A stretch of DNA of 64,000 nucleotides. Origin: Paraspadella gotoi. Lineage: Eukaryota; Animalia; Chaetognatha. The notes under the pieces are model-generated. The model had not been told where the DNA came from. It did no database searches and worked only from the letters and a program-made list of their open reading frames with translations. The stretch is taken from the NCBI GenBank assembly GCA_051294375.1, contig CM119270.1:6115038-6179037 (forward strand), given 5' to 3'. Position 1 is the first letter of the stretch. Each line of letters begins with the position of its first letter. Of the stretch, positions 37,037-51,665 are shown piece after piece. A program made the translations under genes and the position numbers.

Positions 37037-39354
37037 ACTATTCATAATCAAATTCTCAATACCTCTCGATTGTTATGCGATCTTATGTTATTCAATCGAA
37101 TATGAACGAAGTATTTTTAGATTCAATCTTTTATCATTTTTATAACTGTTATAATTCATTTCGCTGGTAGCATTCTTTTAGCTTTTATATCCGCCTTTTG
37201 TTTTTGTCGCGTCTCATAAGCGGGTTTAGTGAATATACAAAAGAATTAATTACTTGGAATTTATTCATATTATTTTTATTATTTTTCGGTCGAATGATAA
37301 CGTAATTAACTATTAGTATTATGCAACAATTAGGCTCACTTTAATAAACTATTAATAAATGCAAAAAAACTGGACGGTAACAATTTGTTTTCACATTAAT
37401 TTTGCAATATACAATTCTAACATTGCCATGGCAGTAAAGTTTGGTTCATATTTCGCTGATAATCATAAAAAAGAAAAAAGTATTGATGCAACCAAATTCA
37501 AAAACCTTCCATTAATCTAGGAAATAATTAATAAAAGGTCGAGACCGAGGGGAAACGAAAAAAAAAGCTTTACCTTCTTTTGACTGATAAATAAATAATT
37601 ATGAAAGAAATTGCTAATCGCGTGTTACTTCGGTTAAGAGAGGAAGTGGATGTCCTCTCGTCATAATAAAATCGTACTTTTATTTTTCATTTTATTTTTT
37701 TCTTAAATTAAAACTATATAAGAGATTATGATTTTTCTCTATTTTCTCTTATTAAACTCAACCAAGAAAGAAAAACAACAATTAAAACTTTAATCATTTA
37801 AAAAAACGCGGACTTTTTCAGGCGAGTAAACGATAACGTAAACAAGCTTTCGTCACTAAGGCAAAATAATATTTTGGTTAAAATTACTTATATTTTTTGA
37901 ATATTATATTATAAATTTATTCAGTCAATAAAAAATATTAACATCGGTGTCTGCATAGTATAAAGTTAAATCAGACTTCTTAAATTAAACACGGAATAAA
38001 AGCTCGTCAAATTGCGTAAATATTTAAAAAAAAAATTTTTTTCAACCGAAGTGTCGAATGACATTGGTTAATTCATCTTGACATTTCCCTTCTCAAAACG
38101 CGTTGAACGACACGGGTCGAGCCAAAGCGTCATTTAACTAAACTTTATTAAAATAAGAATTATTAATAAACTTTAATTGGTTAAAAGTTATTAACAAAAA
38201 AAAATTTATCATGATGGAGTCGGCAAACTTTTCTTATTTTTTATTATTTTTTTTTAAAGAGTTCAATAATTATTTTAAACTACATCAAATGACTTGTTTG
38301 TCTGGACACGCGAGTTCCTCATAATCGTGTCTTCAAAAAAAAAGACCGCCAACCGAAAATGGCGACGAAATCCGAACGAATCCCGAACTTCGCCGTTGAC
38401 TTAGTTTATTGTTTGTAATATTATTACAAAATATAAAATAAAGATAGGACGACAAAATATATTACTATAAACATGCAGTGAAAAAACGCGAAATTTTTAA
38501 TACAGTGTTGAATGCAGAGCAGAGACATATTTATATTTGAACTTTTTTTTTTCAGAATCTCGAATATTTTTTTTTCAGTTTTAAGATATAGATTTAAAAA
38601 AAAAACTGAGATAGAAATAAAGGAGCATATATAATATTTTATCCTTCCTTAATTTAGTCAGGTTTTCAAAATTTAAATGTCCGAAACCCGTGCCTGCTGC
38701 TCTACACAATAAATTTCAGTTAAATAGACAAGTAACCAGTTTAAAACTATAAGTTATAAACAAAACAAACAAACAAACAGGACATTAATTAAGATTTAAA
38801 AATAATTTTAACCACTGTGTTGAATATGCTTTCACCGTAATTGTAGCAAAGTAAAATAAAAATACATTAAATTAATGTCCTTTCTATTTTTTTATAAATA
38901 ACGTCAAATATATGCCACGATCAGTATGCCATGGCTGATTACTGTTTATTACAATTGTTTGTTTCATCTACGATAAATTGAACAACATTGACCACACATC
39001 TTCTCTAAGATTTTGTGTCAAACTATAAATAGTTTTATAAAAGCTTGCAAAAAGTTAAAGATATCATAAAATTAAAATTCTGTAAAAAAGACACTAAGGT
39101 TAAGATTGTATGTACAACAAAAGCGTTGTTGGAAAGCTACAGCAAAGCTCATTTACAACGAAACTGTATGATTACTGAATCGCAAAAACCAGTGAAAGCC
39201 AGTTAATCAGTAAATACCTTAAATATAATCTTTTCATTGTAAAAATAAATTATCAGTTTAATATTAAAAAAATTTATTCACTTAAACCCCTACAGCAATT
39301 TTTATCTCTCATGCTCGCGCCGGTCCCGCTTGACTGATCCGTCTCGTCGCGGAT

Positions 39355-39710
39355 TCAGAGCTGGAACTCTTGCACTCCCCCGTCCTTGCAGGCCTGACAC
39401 AAATCCTTGTTGTGCTGGGTGGCCCGGCTTGCCCTGTCGACGGTCGATCCCATGGCGGCTGCCAGAAACCGTAATAGACTTGCCCGATGCGGTTGTACAC
39501 GTTGCCCACAACCTGGTTTCGAAAAAAAAAATGGGGGATGTGGATTGAGGGGCGAGGGTTAAGGGGATGATATGAAAGGGAAATAAAAAGGAAGAAGATG
39601 TGAGGGAAGTTGGAAAAATTGAGAAGGTAGAGAAAGGGTCGAAAGAAGAAAGGAGAAAGAAAGCAAGAGATTAGAAGAAAGAAAGAAAAAAAGAAAGAAA
39701 GAAAGAAAGA

Positions 39711-39743
<33 letters not shown>

Positions 39744-40382
39744 AAAGAGAAAGAACAGAAGAAAGCCAATTCTGGCTTTTTAAACAATCGGCCAAAGTGC
39801 AAAAACCCCAGCAAGACCAATCAACCAATCAATCAAATCCTCACCTGCCCCCATGGATGAATCAACCAGTCAATCGACCTCACCTTGACGACCTCCTCGG
39901 GATACCACATGGCCGGCTCGAAGGTCCCGTTGGCGCATCGTTTGCATTGCTGCCCGTAGAGTTTGAATTGAACTGCAGCCTCGTAGAGGCGACGTCGAGA
40001 CAATACCAGAAGGTGACCCGACCCTTCATGGAAGTCCAACCGTGGCCGCAGGACTGGACGAGGTAATCGGTGTTGAAAATGGTCAAGTTAATCAAGTCAA
40101 TTAATCGAGATGAAAAGGTCAATCTAAGGTCAATTAATCGGGATGAAAAGGTCAATCAAAGTCAATTAATCGGATTGAAAAAGACAATCAGGGCCAATCA
40201 ATCGCGATGAAAAAGAAAATCAAGCCAATCAATCGGGATGAAATGGTCAATTAAAGATCAATCAGCCGTCTTGATGGCATGAGCTTTATCATGAACCCAT
40301 AAAAATAATAACAACAACAGTCGCAAAGACAACAGCAACATCTGAATCGATTTGAATTGGTAGAAGATTACTTGGAATTTCC

Positions 40383-40427
<45 letters not shown>

Positions 40428-40859
40428 GAGAACGACAAACGGAACACACACATATCACCAATGAAACTGTGCTATGAGAAACTGAAGTCGGACAACATCT
40501 GCCTTAGCACATTCTTTGGATTTGACTGTCATTGCGAGTCTTGAAGTTTTTGTTTGTTTTTTCATCCAAATATTACTTGTTGATTGAATGATTCAATTTC
40601 TATTCTTAAACTGGTTTCATAATCACGTTCATAACGTTTTTAACAGTCTGTAGCTCTTAAATCTTTTTAGTAATTTTTGATTAATTATTTCTTTTTTTTA
40701 GTATCACGTACTAACAATTTGAAAGTCTGTACATAGTTCTTAAAATTTTGGATTTTCACGTTTAAAAATTAATTTTTACCATAACTTAGTTTCGTAAACG
40801 AAAAGACCTCATGGGCCACAGAAAATTGCGCCCCGGTTTAGTTCTATTTCATATTATAT

Positions 40860-40927
<68 letters not shown>

Positions 40928-41919
40928 CTCTCCTCTCTGTCTCCTCTGTCTCTCTCTCTCTCTCTGTCTGTCTCTCCTCTCAACTTTTTCTCTCAAAACT
41001 CGGGACAAACAAAACTGAAAGCCTTTTGTTTGCGATAGACTATTTCGCTCGTTTCAATCTTTGATATGATAATCGCCAGCGTCTTACCGCTTCTTTCTTT
41101 CTTTCTTCTTTTCTCTTTCTTTTTCTTTTCTTCTTTCTTCTTCATTTCTCCCTTTTTTTCTTTTTTCTTTCTCTTTCTTGTATTCACTGATTCTTGATGG
41201 AAAGCTTAAGTTCCTTTTTCGTTATTCTTTGAAGTATTCTTTGTTGTGATAATCACGGAATGAACATTTTCAGCCTCGCCCTATTTTTGCAGAGGTGTTT
41301 AAATTCTTTACGTTTTCTCTCTCCACTTCTGAGTTAGGACAAATTACATTCATTATTTCTTTTTTCTGTTATATTTGTTTGAATGCTTTTCTTTACGTTG
41401 CGGTTTGCATTATTTAGAAATCAAAATTTCCATTTATAGTTCAGCAACGGACAAAAAAAAAAGAATGGCAAAAAAAACTTTGCCGTTTTCAACTAAAAAT
41501 AAACTTTTCATTTTGCCTATATTTAAGTTTATATTGAGTACCTTTTTCGAGAAATTGATATCCTTTTTAATGACTAACTTAAAAAAATAGTTCTTTTTAT
41601 TTTATTAACGATTCTGTCTTTATTCGTCTTATATGTACAACTATAAGATGTATTCATTCCGCTATTCCTCCTTCTCCTTATTCTGAAATTATTCAAGAAA
41701 TCCTTCATAAGTATTTTCCCAATTATTATCATTCAGTCATTGAATTTAATCATTCTTGATTTTAGGATTGAATATTGACTGATGATATTTAATTGATTGA
41801 TTTACCATGGGTGTTTTTATTTTATTTATTATTTATTATTTATTTATTTATTTTATAATTAATTAATAATAATTAATTAAATTATTAATTAATTAATTAA
41901 TAATTATATTTTTTTTATT

Positions 41920-41997
<78 letters not shown>

Positions 41998-42158
41998 GAT
42001 ACGATCGATACTAACCGAGCATTGGAACGAACTTTGGCGGAATCCTTGAAGGCCCCATTGACTCAGATTCTCCGGCGCCTTCAACGTCGGTAGGAGATGC
42101 CATCGGTGCGGGTAGTACTGAGCGAAGAGGCTCGTACTCCCGTGCCAGACCGTTCCAT
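39355..42158 (-). CDS. RTP-like zf-3CxxC zinc-binding protein, left-arm copy (exons 42158-42016, 40053-39884, 39512-39355; with indel errors)
   Basis: Mirror image of the 43520-46361 gene, with the same motifs (CGHGWTSMKGRV, LYGQQCKRC, AMWYPEEV, NVYNRIGQVYYG). Confidence 0.75.
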
Positions 42159-42810
42159 GCTGGGATGGGAAGCGAGGGGGGACGGGGGGAAAGGGAAGGA
42201 AAATTGAGAGGGGGGAAAGGGGATAAAAGGGAGTAGTTAAGGGAAAGAAAGAAAAAGGAGTTTCATTGTTGTAAGTGAAACAAAATGAAACAATTTCGAA
42301 AACTTTTTTCTTTTTCTTAATTTGCTAATTCAATCGAGAATTCCGGGAAATGGACCGCATAAAAACTTTTTTTTAAATGTGAGATTAACTGAAAAAAAAA
42401 AATGTTTAAAATACATAATACGGACTAAAATTTCGGAACTCTGAAGGCGAACCAGACGACTTTTTGGTATCTGGATTCGAATTCCGAAACTAAAGTGTTT
42501 TCTTTTATTTTTTTTCTAATTTTTTTTTTTCGTTGTCTTTTATCTTTCACCGTCGATTCGGTTGAAATCGGACAGTTAATCTCATGTTTTCAAACTATAT
42601 ATATATATAAAGTCGTTATAACTACGATCCGCCGCTACGTTGCATTCAATTCGCATCTCTTTATTTTTTATTCCAATGAAGAAAAGCGTAACTTAACCAA
42701 ACCTCACAACTTTAATAGAATTAGGGCAACTGGGAAAAAATTTTGAATGGGATCGACTTTGAATAATAACTAATTAAATCTTTTTTGGAAGGCTTAAAAC
42801 GTTTTCATGG

Positions 42811-42897
<87 letters not shown>

Positions 42898-43519
42898 NNN
42901 NNNNNNNNNNNNNNNNNNNNNNCCCATTCAAAATTTTTTCCCAGTTGCCCTAAATTCATATTAAAGTTGTGAGGTTTGGTAAGTTACGCTTTTCTTCATT
43001 GGAATAAAAAATAAAGAGATGCGAATTGAATGCAACGTAGCGGCGATCGTAGTTATAACGACTTTATATATATATATAGTTTGAAACACATGAGATTAAC
43101 TGGTCCGATTTCAACCGAATCGACGGTGAAAGATAAAAAGACAACGAAAAAAAAAAAATTAGAATAAAAAATAAAAGAAAAACACTTTAGTTCGGAATTC
43201 GAAATCCAGATACAAAAAAAGTCGTCGGGTTCGCCTTCAGAGTTCCGGAAAATTTTAGTCCGTAATTAATTATTTAAACATTTTTTTTTCAGTTAATCTT
43301 ACATTTAAAAAAAAGTTTATACGGCCATTTCCCGGAATTCTCGATTGAATTAGCAAATTAAGAAAAAAGAAAAAAAAGTTTTCGAAATTGTTTCATTTTG
43401 TTTCACTTACAACAATGAAACTCCTTTTCTTTCTTTCCCCTTAACTACTCCCATTTTATCCCCTCTCAATTTTCCTTCCTCCTTCTCCCCCCCGTCCACC
43501 CTCGCTTTCCCCATCCCGC

Positions 43520-43676
43520 ATGGAACGGTCTGCACGGGAGAACGAGGCTTTCGCTCAGTCTACCCGCACCGATGGCATCTCCTACCGACGTTGAAGGCGC
43601 CGGAGAATCTGAGTCAATGGAGGACCTTCAAGGATTCCGCCAAAGTTCGATTCCAATGCTCGGTTAGTATCGATCG

Positions 43677-43750
<74 letters not shown>

Positions 43751-43815
43751 TAATAAAAAAAAATAAATTAATTAATTAATTAATTAATTAATTAATTAGT
43801 TAATTAATTAATTAA

Positions 43816-43859
<44 letters not shown>

Positions 43860-44769
43860 AAACAACCCATGGATAAATCAATCAATTAAATATCAATCAG
43901 TCAATATTCAATCCATAAAATACAAGAATGATTAAATTCATGACTGAATGATAATAATTGGGAAAATACTTATGAAGGATTTCTTGAATAATTTCAGAAT
44001 AAGGAGAAGGAGGAATAAGCGGAATGAATACATCTTATAGTTGTACATATAAAGACGAATAAAGACAGAATCGTTAATAAAAATAAAAAGAACTATTTTT
44101 TTTAAGTTAGTCATTTAAAAAGGATATCAAATTTCTCGAAAAAGGTACTCAATATAAACTTAAATATAGGCAAAATGAAAAGTTTATTTTTAGTTGAAAA
44201 ACGGCAAAGTTTTTTTTTTGCCATTCTTTTCTTTTTTGTCGTTGCTGAACTAAAATGGAAATTTTGAATTTCTAATAATGCAAACCGCAACGTAAAGAAA
44301 GCATTCAAACAAATATAAACAGAAAAAAAGAAATAATGAATGTAATTTGTCCTACTCAGAAAGTGAGAGAGAAAACGTAAAGATTTAAACACCTCTGCAA
44401 AAATAGGGCGAGGCTGAAAATGTTCATTCCGTGATTATCACAACAAAGAATCACTTCAAAGAAATAACGAAAAAAGGAACTTAAGCTTTCCATCAAAGAA
44501 TCAGTGAATACAAGAAAGAGAAAGAAAAAAAGAAAAAAGGGAGAAATGAAGAAAGAAAGAAAGAAAAGAAAGAAAGAAAGAAAGAAAAGAAAGAAAGAAA
44601 GAAAGAAAGACGGTAAGACGCTGGCGATTATCATATCAAAGATTGAAACGAGCGAAAATACGTCTATCGCAAACAAAAGGCTTTCAGTTTTGTTTGTCCC
44701 AGATTTTGAGAGAAAAAGTTTGAGAGGAGAGACAGACAGAGAGAGAGAGAGAGACAGAAGGAGACAGAG

Positions 44770-44856
<87 letters not shown>

Positions 44857-45282
44857 TATGAAATAGACTAAACCGGGGCGCAATTTTCTGTGGCCCATGA
44901 GGTCATTTCGTTTACGAAAACTAAGTTAATGGTAAAAATTAATTTTTTAAACGTGAAAATCCATATTAAGACTATGTACAGACTTTCAAATTGTTAGTAC
45001 GTGATACTAAAAAAAAGAAAATAATTAATCAAAAATTACTAAAAAGATTTAAAGAGCTACAGACTGTTAAAAACGTTATGACGTGATTATGAAACCAGTT
45101 TAAGAATAGAAATTGAATCAATTCAATCAACAAGTAATATTGGATGAAAAAAACAAACAAAAACTTCAAGACTCGCAATGACAGTCAAATCCAAAGAATG
45201 TGCTAAGGCAGATGTTGTCCGACTTCAGTTTCTCATAGCACAGTTTCATTGGTGATATGTGTGTGTTCCGTTTGTCGTTCTC

Positions 45283-45326
<44 letters not shown>

Positions 45327-45944
45327 GGAAATTCCAAGTAATCTTCTACCAATTCAAATCGATTCAGATGTTGCTGTTGTCTTTGCGACTGTTGTTGTTA
45401 TTATTTTTATGGATCATGATAAAGCTCATGCCATCAAGACGGCTGATTGATCTTAATTGACCATTTCATCCCGATTGATTGGCCTTGATTTTCTTTTTCA
45501 TCGCGATTGATTGGCCCTGATTGTCTTTTTCATCCCGATTAATTGACTTTGATTGACCTTTTCATCCCGATTAATTGACCTTGATTGACCTTTTCATCCC
45601 GATTAATTGACCTTGATTAACTTGACCATTTTCAACACCCGATTACCTCGTCCAGTCCTGCGGCCACGGTTGGACTTCCATGAAGGGTCGGGTCACCTTC
45701 TGGTATTGTCTCGACGTCGCCTCCTACGAAGGCTGCAGTCAATTCAAACTCTACGGGCAGCAATGCAAACGATGCGCCAACGGGACCTTCGAGCCGGCCA
45801 TGTGGTATCCCGAGGAGGTCGTCAAGGTGAGGTCGATTGACTGGTTGATTCATCCATGGGGGCAGGTGAGGATTTGATTGATTGGTTGATTGGTCTTGCT
45901 GGGGTTTTTGCACTTTGGCCGATTGTTTAAAAAGCCAGAATTGG

Positions 45945-46040
<96 letters not shown>

Positions 46041-46361
46041 TAATCTCTTGGCTTTCTTTCTCCTTTCTTCTTTCGACCCTTTCCTCTACCTTCTCCAATT
46101 TTTCCAACTTCCCTCACATCTTCTTCCTTTTTATTTCCCTTTCATATCATCCCCTTAACCCTCGCCCCTCAATCCACATCCCCCCATTTTTTTTCGAACC
46201 AGGTTGTGGGCAACGTGTACAACCGCATCGGGCAAGTCTATTACGGTTTCTGGCAGCCGCCAATGAGGATCGACCGTCGACAGGGCAAGCCGGGCACCCA
46301 GCACAACAAGGATTTGTGTCAGGCCTGCAAGGACGGGGAGTGCACAGAGTTCCAGCTCTGA
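43520..46361 (+). CDS. Receptor-transporting-protein (RTP)-like zf-3CxxC protein (exons 43520-43662, 45656-45826, 46203-46361)
   Basis: Consensus of both arms: MExVWHGEYExLFAQYYPHRWHLLPTLKAPENLSQWRTFKDSAKVRFQCS|SCGHGWTSMKGRVTFWYCLDVASYEGCxQFKLYGQQCKRCANGTFEPAMWYPEEVVK|VVGNVYNRIGQVYYGFWQPPMRIDRRQGKPGTQHNKDLCQACKDGECTEFQL*. Three CxxC pairs with CxxCxxxWxS, GQxCxxC and HxxxxCxAC are typical of zf-3CxxC. Exon 1 carries indel errors. Confidence 0.85.
45445..45635. repeat. ~30-bp tandem repeat (gattaattgaccttgattgaccttttcatccc-like, ~6 units) before RTP exon 2; mirror at 40075-40265
   Basis: Visible tandem units. Confidence 0.8.
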
Positions 46362-48694
46362 ATCCGCGACGAGACGGATCAGTCAAGCGGGACCGGCGCG
46401 AGCATGAGAGATAAAAATGCTGTAGGGGTTTAAGTGAATAAATTTTTTTAATATTAAACTGATAATTATTTTTACAATGAAAGATTATATTTAGGTATTT
46501 ACTGATTAACTGGCTTTTCCACTGGTTTTTGCGATTCAGAAATCATACAGTTTCGTTGTAAATGAGCTTTGCTGTAGCTTTCCAACAACGCTTTTGTTGT
46601 ACATACAATCTTAACCTTAGTGTCTTTTTTTACAGAATTTTAATTTTATGATATCTTTAACTTTTTGCAAGCTTTTATAAAACTATTTATAGTTTGACAC
46701 AAAATCTTAGAGAAGATGTGTGGTCAATGTTGTTCAATTTTATCGTAGATGAAACAAACAATTGTAATAAACAGTAATCAGCCATGGCATACTGATCGTG
46801 GCATATATTTGACGTTATTTATAAAAAAATAGAAGGACATTAATTTAATTGTATTTTATTTTACTTTGCTACAATTACGGTGAAAGCATATTCAAACACA
46901 GTGGTTAAAATTATTTTTAAATCTTAAATTAATGTCCTGTTTGTTTGTTTGTTTTTGTTTATAACTTATAGTTTTAACTGGTTACTTGTCTATTTAACTG
47001 AAATTTATTGTGTAGAGCAGCAGGCACGGGTTTCGGACATTTAAATTTTGAAAACCTGACTAAATTAAGGAAGGATAAATATTATATAATGCTCCTTTAT
47101 TTCTATCTCAGTTTTTTTTTAAATCTATATCTTAAAACTGAAAAAAAAAATATTCGAGATTCTGAAAAAAAAAGTTCAAATTAAATATGTCTACTGCTCT
47201 GCATTCAAACACTGTATTAAAAATTTCGCGTTTTTCACTGCATGTTTTAGTAATATATTTTGTCGTCCTATCTTTTATTTTATATTTTGTAATAATATTA
47301 CAAACAATAAACTAAGTCAACGGCGAAGTTCGGGGATTCGTTCGGATTTCGTCGCCATTTTCGGTTGGCGGTCTTTTTTTTTGAAGACACGATTATGAGG
47401 AACTCGCGTGTCCAGACAAACAAGTCATTTGATGTAGTTTAAATAATTATTGAACTCTTTAAAAAAAATAATAAAAAATAAGAAAAGTTTGCCGTCTTCC
47501 ATCATGATAAATTTTTTTTTGTTAATAACTTTTAACCAATTAAAGTTTATTAAATAATTCTTATTTTAATAAAGTTTAGTTAAATGACGCTTTGGCTCGA
47601 CCCGTGTCGTTCAACGCGTTTTGAGAAGGGAAATGTCAAGATGAATTAACCAATGTCATTCGACACTTCGGTTGAAAAAAAATTTTTTTTTAAATATTTA
47701 CGCAATTTGACGTAGCTTTTATTCCGTGTTTAATTTAAGAAGTTGATTTAAACTTTATACTATGCAGACCCGATGTTAATTTTTTTATTGACTGAAATAA
47801 ATTTATATTATAATTTCAAATAAATTATAAAGTAATTTTAACAAAATATTATTTTGCCTGGAGTGACGAAAGCTTTGTTACGTTATCTTTACTCGCTGAA
47901 AAAGTCCCGTTTTTTTAATGATTAAAAGTTTTAATTGTTGTTTTTCTTTCTTGGTTGAGTTTAATAAGAGAAATAAGAGAAAAATCAATAATTCTCTTAT
48001 ATAGTTTTAATTTAAAGAAAAAAATAAAATGAAAAATAAAAGTACGATTTATATTTAAAATAATTATCAATATATATTTAATTTTCCGCGACTTTTTCCG
48101 CGTTTCCTTTTCAAAAGCACCACAGTGATTATTCCCTCGAGCAGAGGGAACTCCTTTGATTTATCGCAATATGAATCATGTTTGTTTTTTTTGTTTTAAT
48201 CCTGTCTCGCTGTAAATTCAATGTACTCTATTAGCCCTAATAATAGTTGAATTAATTACAGTTTGATGTACAGGTTGTTGTCCGCATTTACTACTAGTTT
48301 GCTAAATACAATAATTTCGTATAATCCTGACACTTATTTTACTTAAGAAACAATTAAATAATGTAGTTAAAAACAATAAAAATTTATATATCTTAACTTA
48401 AGTTAAGCGTTAATTGTTAATTTGTTAATTCTTTCCAGCATCGGAAGCTGTTTTTATTTTAATTCGTTGAGTAGCGCTAAGTATACGAGAAAAGTCCAAA
48501 AAGCTTTACGAAAACAAAAGACAAGAATTTTTCTCAACGAGAAAAAACGAAAAAAAAATTTGGGAAAGGAAAACAGAAAATTACGAATAAAGGAAATTTT
48601 AATTTTTTCAGAGAAATTAAAATGAGAACGTGAAATGAAGACAGCGTATAAGTTAACCATACGCACAATAAGAATAAAGAGAGGATCATTGATT

Positions 48695-48794
<100 letters not shown>

Positions 48795-49444
48795 ATAGAT
48801 TAGCGACACCAGACTAATTAAAACTGTGACTTTTTTTAAACTCAAAAGGCGATTTAATCGTTAAGACGCTCAAGTCCTTGAAAATCTTTTTTAGAAAGTT
48901 TTTTTCTGTGTTTCTGTCTTTCTGTCTTTCTGTCTTACTGTCTTTCTGTCTTCCTTATTAGATAAAAAAATCACGCATTTGAGGGACGAGTTTAGTTTTG
49001 TTTTATTTTTTTTTAAATCAAATTTTCCGGCTCCATAACCAATTGTAATACATACTAACTAAGAAATTTGTCAGGCTAGTAAGTCCCAAATTGTCAATAG
49101 GCTTTAGAACAACTCTTTCTGAAATTATCTCAAGCGAATTAAAAATCGTTGAAATACTTAACAACTTTCATTAAAAGTTTCAATTCTAAATTTACAGCCG
49201 ATGTAGTTATATTTGCAAATAGTTATAATAGTTATAAATTTACAACTACTAGATTGTTTAACGTCGACCTCGATTTTACTCAGTTTTAATTAATCGTCAC
49301 CATTATCCACCCGAGTTATCGTCCCGTCTCTATCTCTATCTCCCTCCTTTTTCCTCTTCCTCTCTCCCCATTTTCAACCGCGTCTCTTCCGTCTCACTTT
49401 CATCGTGAAATTATGCAAATTAGTTGCGGCCATTAATGACGAAG

Positions 49445-49535
49445 CGCCGGGAGGTGAAGAGCTCTGTAATGAACCGATGTGTGAGTGGAGAAAGGTAGAG
49501 GGAGAGAGAGAGGGAGAGGGAGAAGAGAGAGAGAG

Positions 49536-49594
<59 letters not shown>

Positions 49595-49644
49595 CGGGAG
49601 AGGTGAAGACTCTGTAATGACCGATGGTGTGAGTGGGAGAAGGT

Positions 49645-49701
<57 letters not shown>

Positions 49702-49751
49702 TGAAAGACCTCTTGTAATGACCGATTGGTGAGAGTGGAGAAGGTAGAGGG

Positions 49752-49829
<78 letters not shown>

Positions 49830-49887
49830 AGGGAGAGAGAGCGGGAAGGTGAAGACTCTTGTAATGACCGATGGTGTGAGTGGGAGG

Positions 49888-49940
<53 letters not shown>

Positions 49941-50007
49941 AGAGAAGAGAGAGGCGGGAGGTGAAGACTCTTGTAATGACGAGTGGTTGGTGAGTGGGAG
50001 AAGGTAG

Positions 50008-50061
<54 letters not shown>

Positions 50062-50118
50062 CGGGAGAGTGAAGACTCTTGTAATGACCGATATGGTGTG
50101 AGTGGGAGAAGGTAGAGG

Positions 50119-50173
<55 letters not shown>

Positions 50174-50223
50174 CGGGAGGTGAAGACATCTTGTAATGAC
50201 CGGATGGGTGAGTGGGAGAGAGG

Positions 50224-50276
<53 letters not shown>

Positions 50277-50334
50277 GGAGAGAGAGCGGGAGGTGAAAGA
50301 CTCTTTAATGACCGATGGTGTGAGTGGGAGAAGG

Positions 50335-50391
<57 letters not shown>

Positions 50392-50573
50392 GGAGGTTGA
50401 GAGACTCTTGTATGCCGATGGTGATGAGTGGAGAAAGGTAGAGGGGAGAGGAGAGAGGGAGAAAGAGGAGAGATGAGGGAGAGAGAGAGAGAGAGAAAGA
50501 GTGGAGAGAGGAAGAGAGGCGGGAGGTGAAGACAGTTCTTGTAATGACCCGCATGGTTGTGAGTGGGAGAAGG

Positions 50574-50617
<44 letters not shown>

Positions 50618-50825
50618 AGGAGAGAGAGAGAGCGGGAGGTGAAGACTCTTGTAATGACCCGTGTGTGTGAGTGGGAGAAGGTAGAGGGAGAGAGAAGGAG
50701 AGGAGAGAGAGAGAGAGAGAAGAAGAGAGTAGAGGATGAGGAGCAGAGAGGAGGAGTAGAAGAGAGAGAGCGGGAGGTGAAGACTCTTGTAATGACCGAT
50801 GGTGTGGAGTGGGAGAAGGTAGAGG

Positions 50826-50869
<44 letters not shown>

Positions 50870-50933
50870 GCGAGGAGAGACGGGCGTGAAGACTCTTGTA
50901 ATGGACCGACGATGGTGTGAGTGGGAGAAGGTA

Positions 50934-50978
<45 letters not shown>

Positions 50979-51064
50979 GAGAGAGAGAGGAGAGGAGGAG
51001 TGAAGACTCTTGTAATGACGGACGATGGTGAGAGTGGGGGAGAAGGTAGAGGGAGAGAGAGAGC

Positions 51065-51119
<55 letters not shown>

Positions 51120-51430
51120 CGGGAGGTGAAGGACTCTTGTAATGACCCGATGGTGTGAGTGTCAGTGTGATGGGAGAAGGTAAGGGTGAGAGAGAGAGAG
51201 AGAGAGGGGAGAGGCGAGAGAGGAAGATGAAGAGAGGAGAGGGAGAGAGAGAGAGCGAGAAGAAGAGGGAGGGAGAAGAGATAAGGGAGAGAAGAGGAAG
51301 AGAGGGAGAGGAGAGGGAGTAGAGAGGAAGAGAGGGCAGACGGAAGGGGGCAGAGAGAGGAGAGAGGAGAAGGGGAAGGAGAAGAGAGAGGGGGGGAAAG
51401 AGAAGAGAGAGAGCGGAGGTGAAGGAGACT
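49445..51430. repeat. Array of a ~55-bp conserved unit interspaced by variable-length (GA)n tracts, ~15-16 units
   Basis: Unit gcgggaggtgaagactcttgtaatgaccgatggtgtgagtgggagaaggtagag recurs every ~100-150 bp and runs into a gap. Confidence 0.92.
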
Positions 51431-51634
51431 NNNNNNNNNNNNNNNNNNNNNNNNNNNNNNNNNNNNNNNNNNNNNNNNNNNNNNNNNNNNNNNNNNNNNN
51501 NNNNNNNNNNNNNNNNNNNNNNNNNNNNNNTTTCCCCCCTTCAGACATATCTAGGTTTGTTTGTGTACTTGATGACACAGAAATTCAGATTAAGATGTCA
51601 GAGCGTTATGAGAGAATGAGAGAGTAAGAGAGAG

Positions 51635-51665
<31 letters not shown>

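Larger units (their letters stand above)
37669..48050. repeat. Giant palindrome with ~5.1-kb arms (37669-42752 and 42923-48050) around a (GA)n tract and a 25-N gap
   Basis: The arms are reverse complements differing mainly by small indels. Confidence 0.93.

Noticed and set aside
49445-51430. CRISPR array or tandem hammerhead satellite
   Set aside because: Eukaryotic context, spacers are (GA)n microsatellite, no cas genes, and the unit lacks the CUGANGA and GAAA core.
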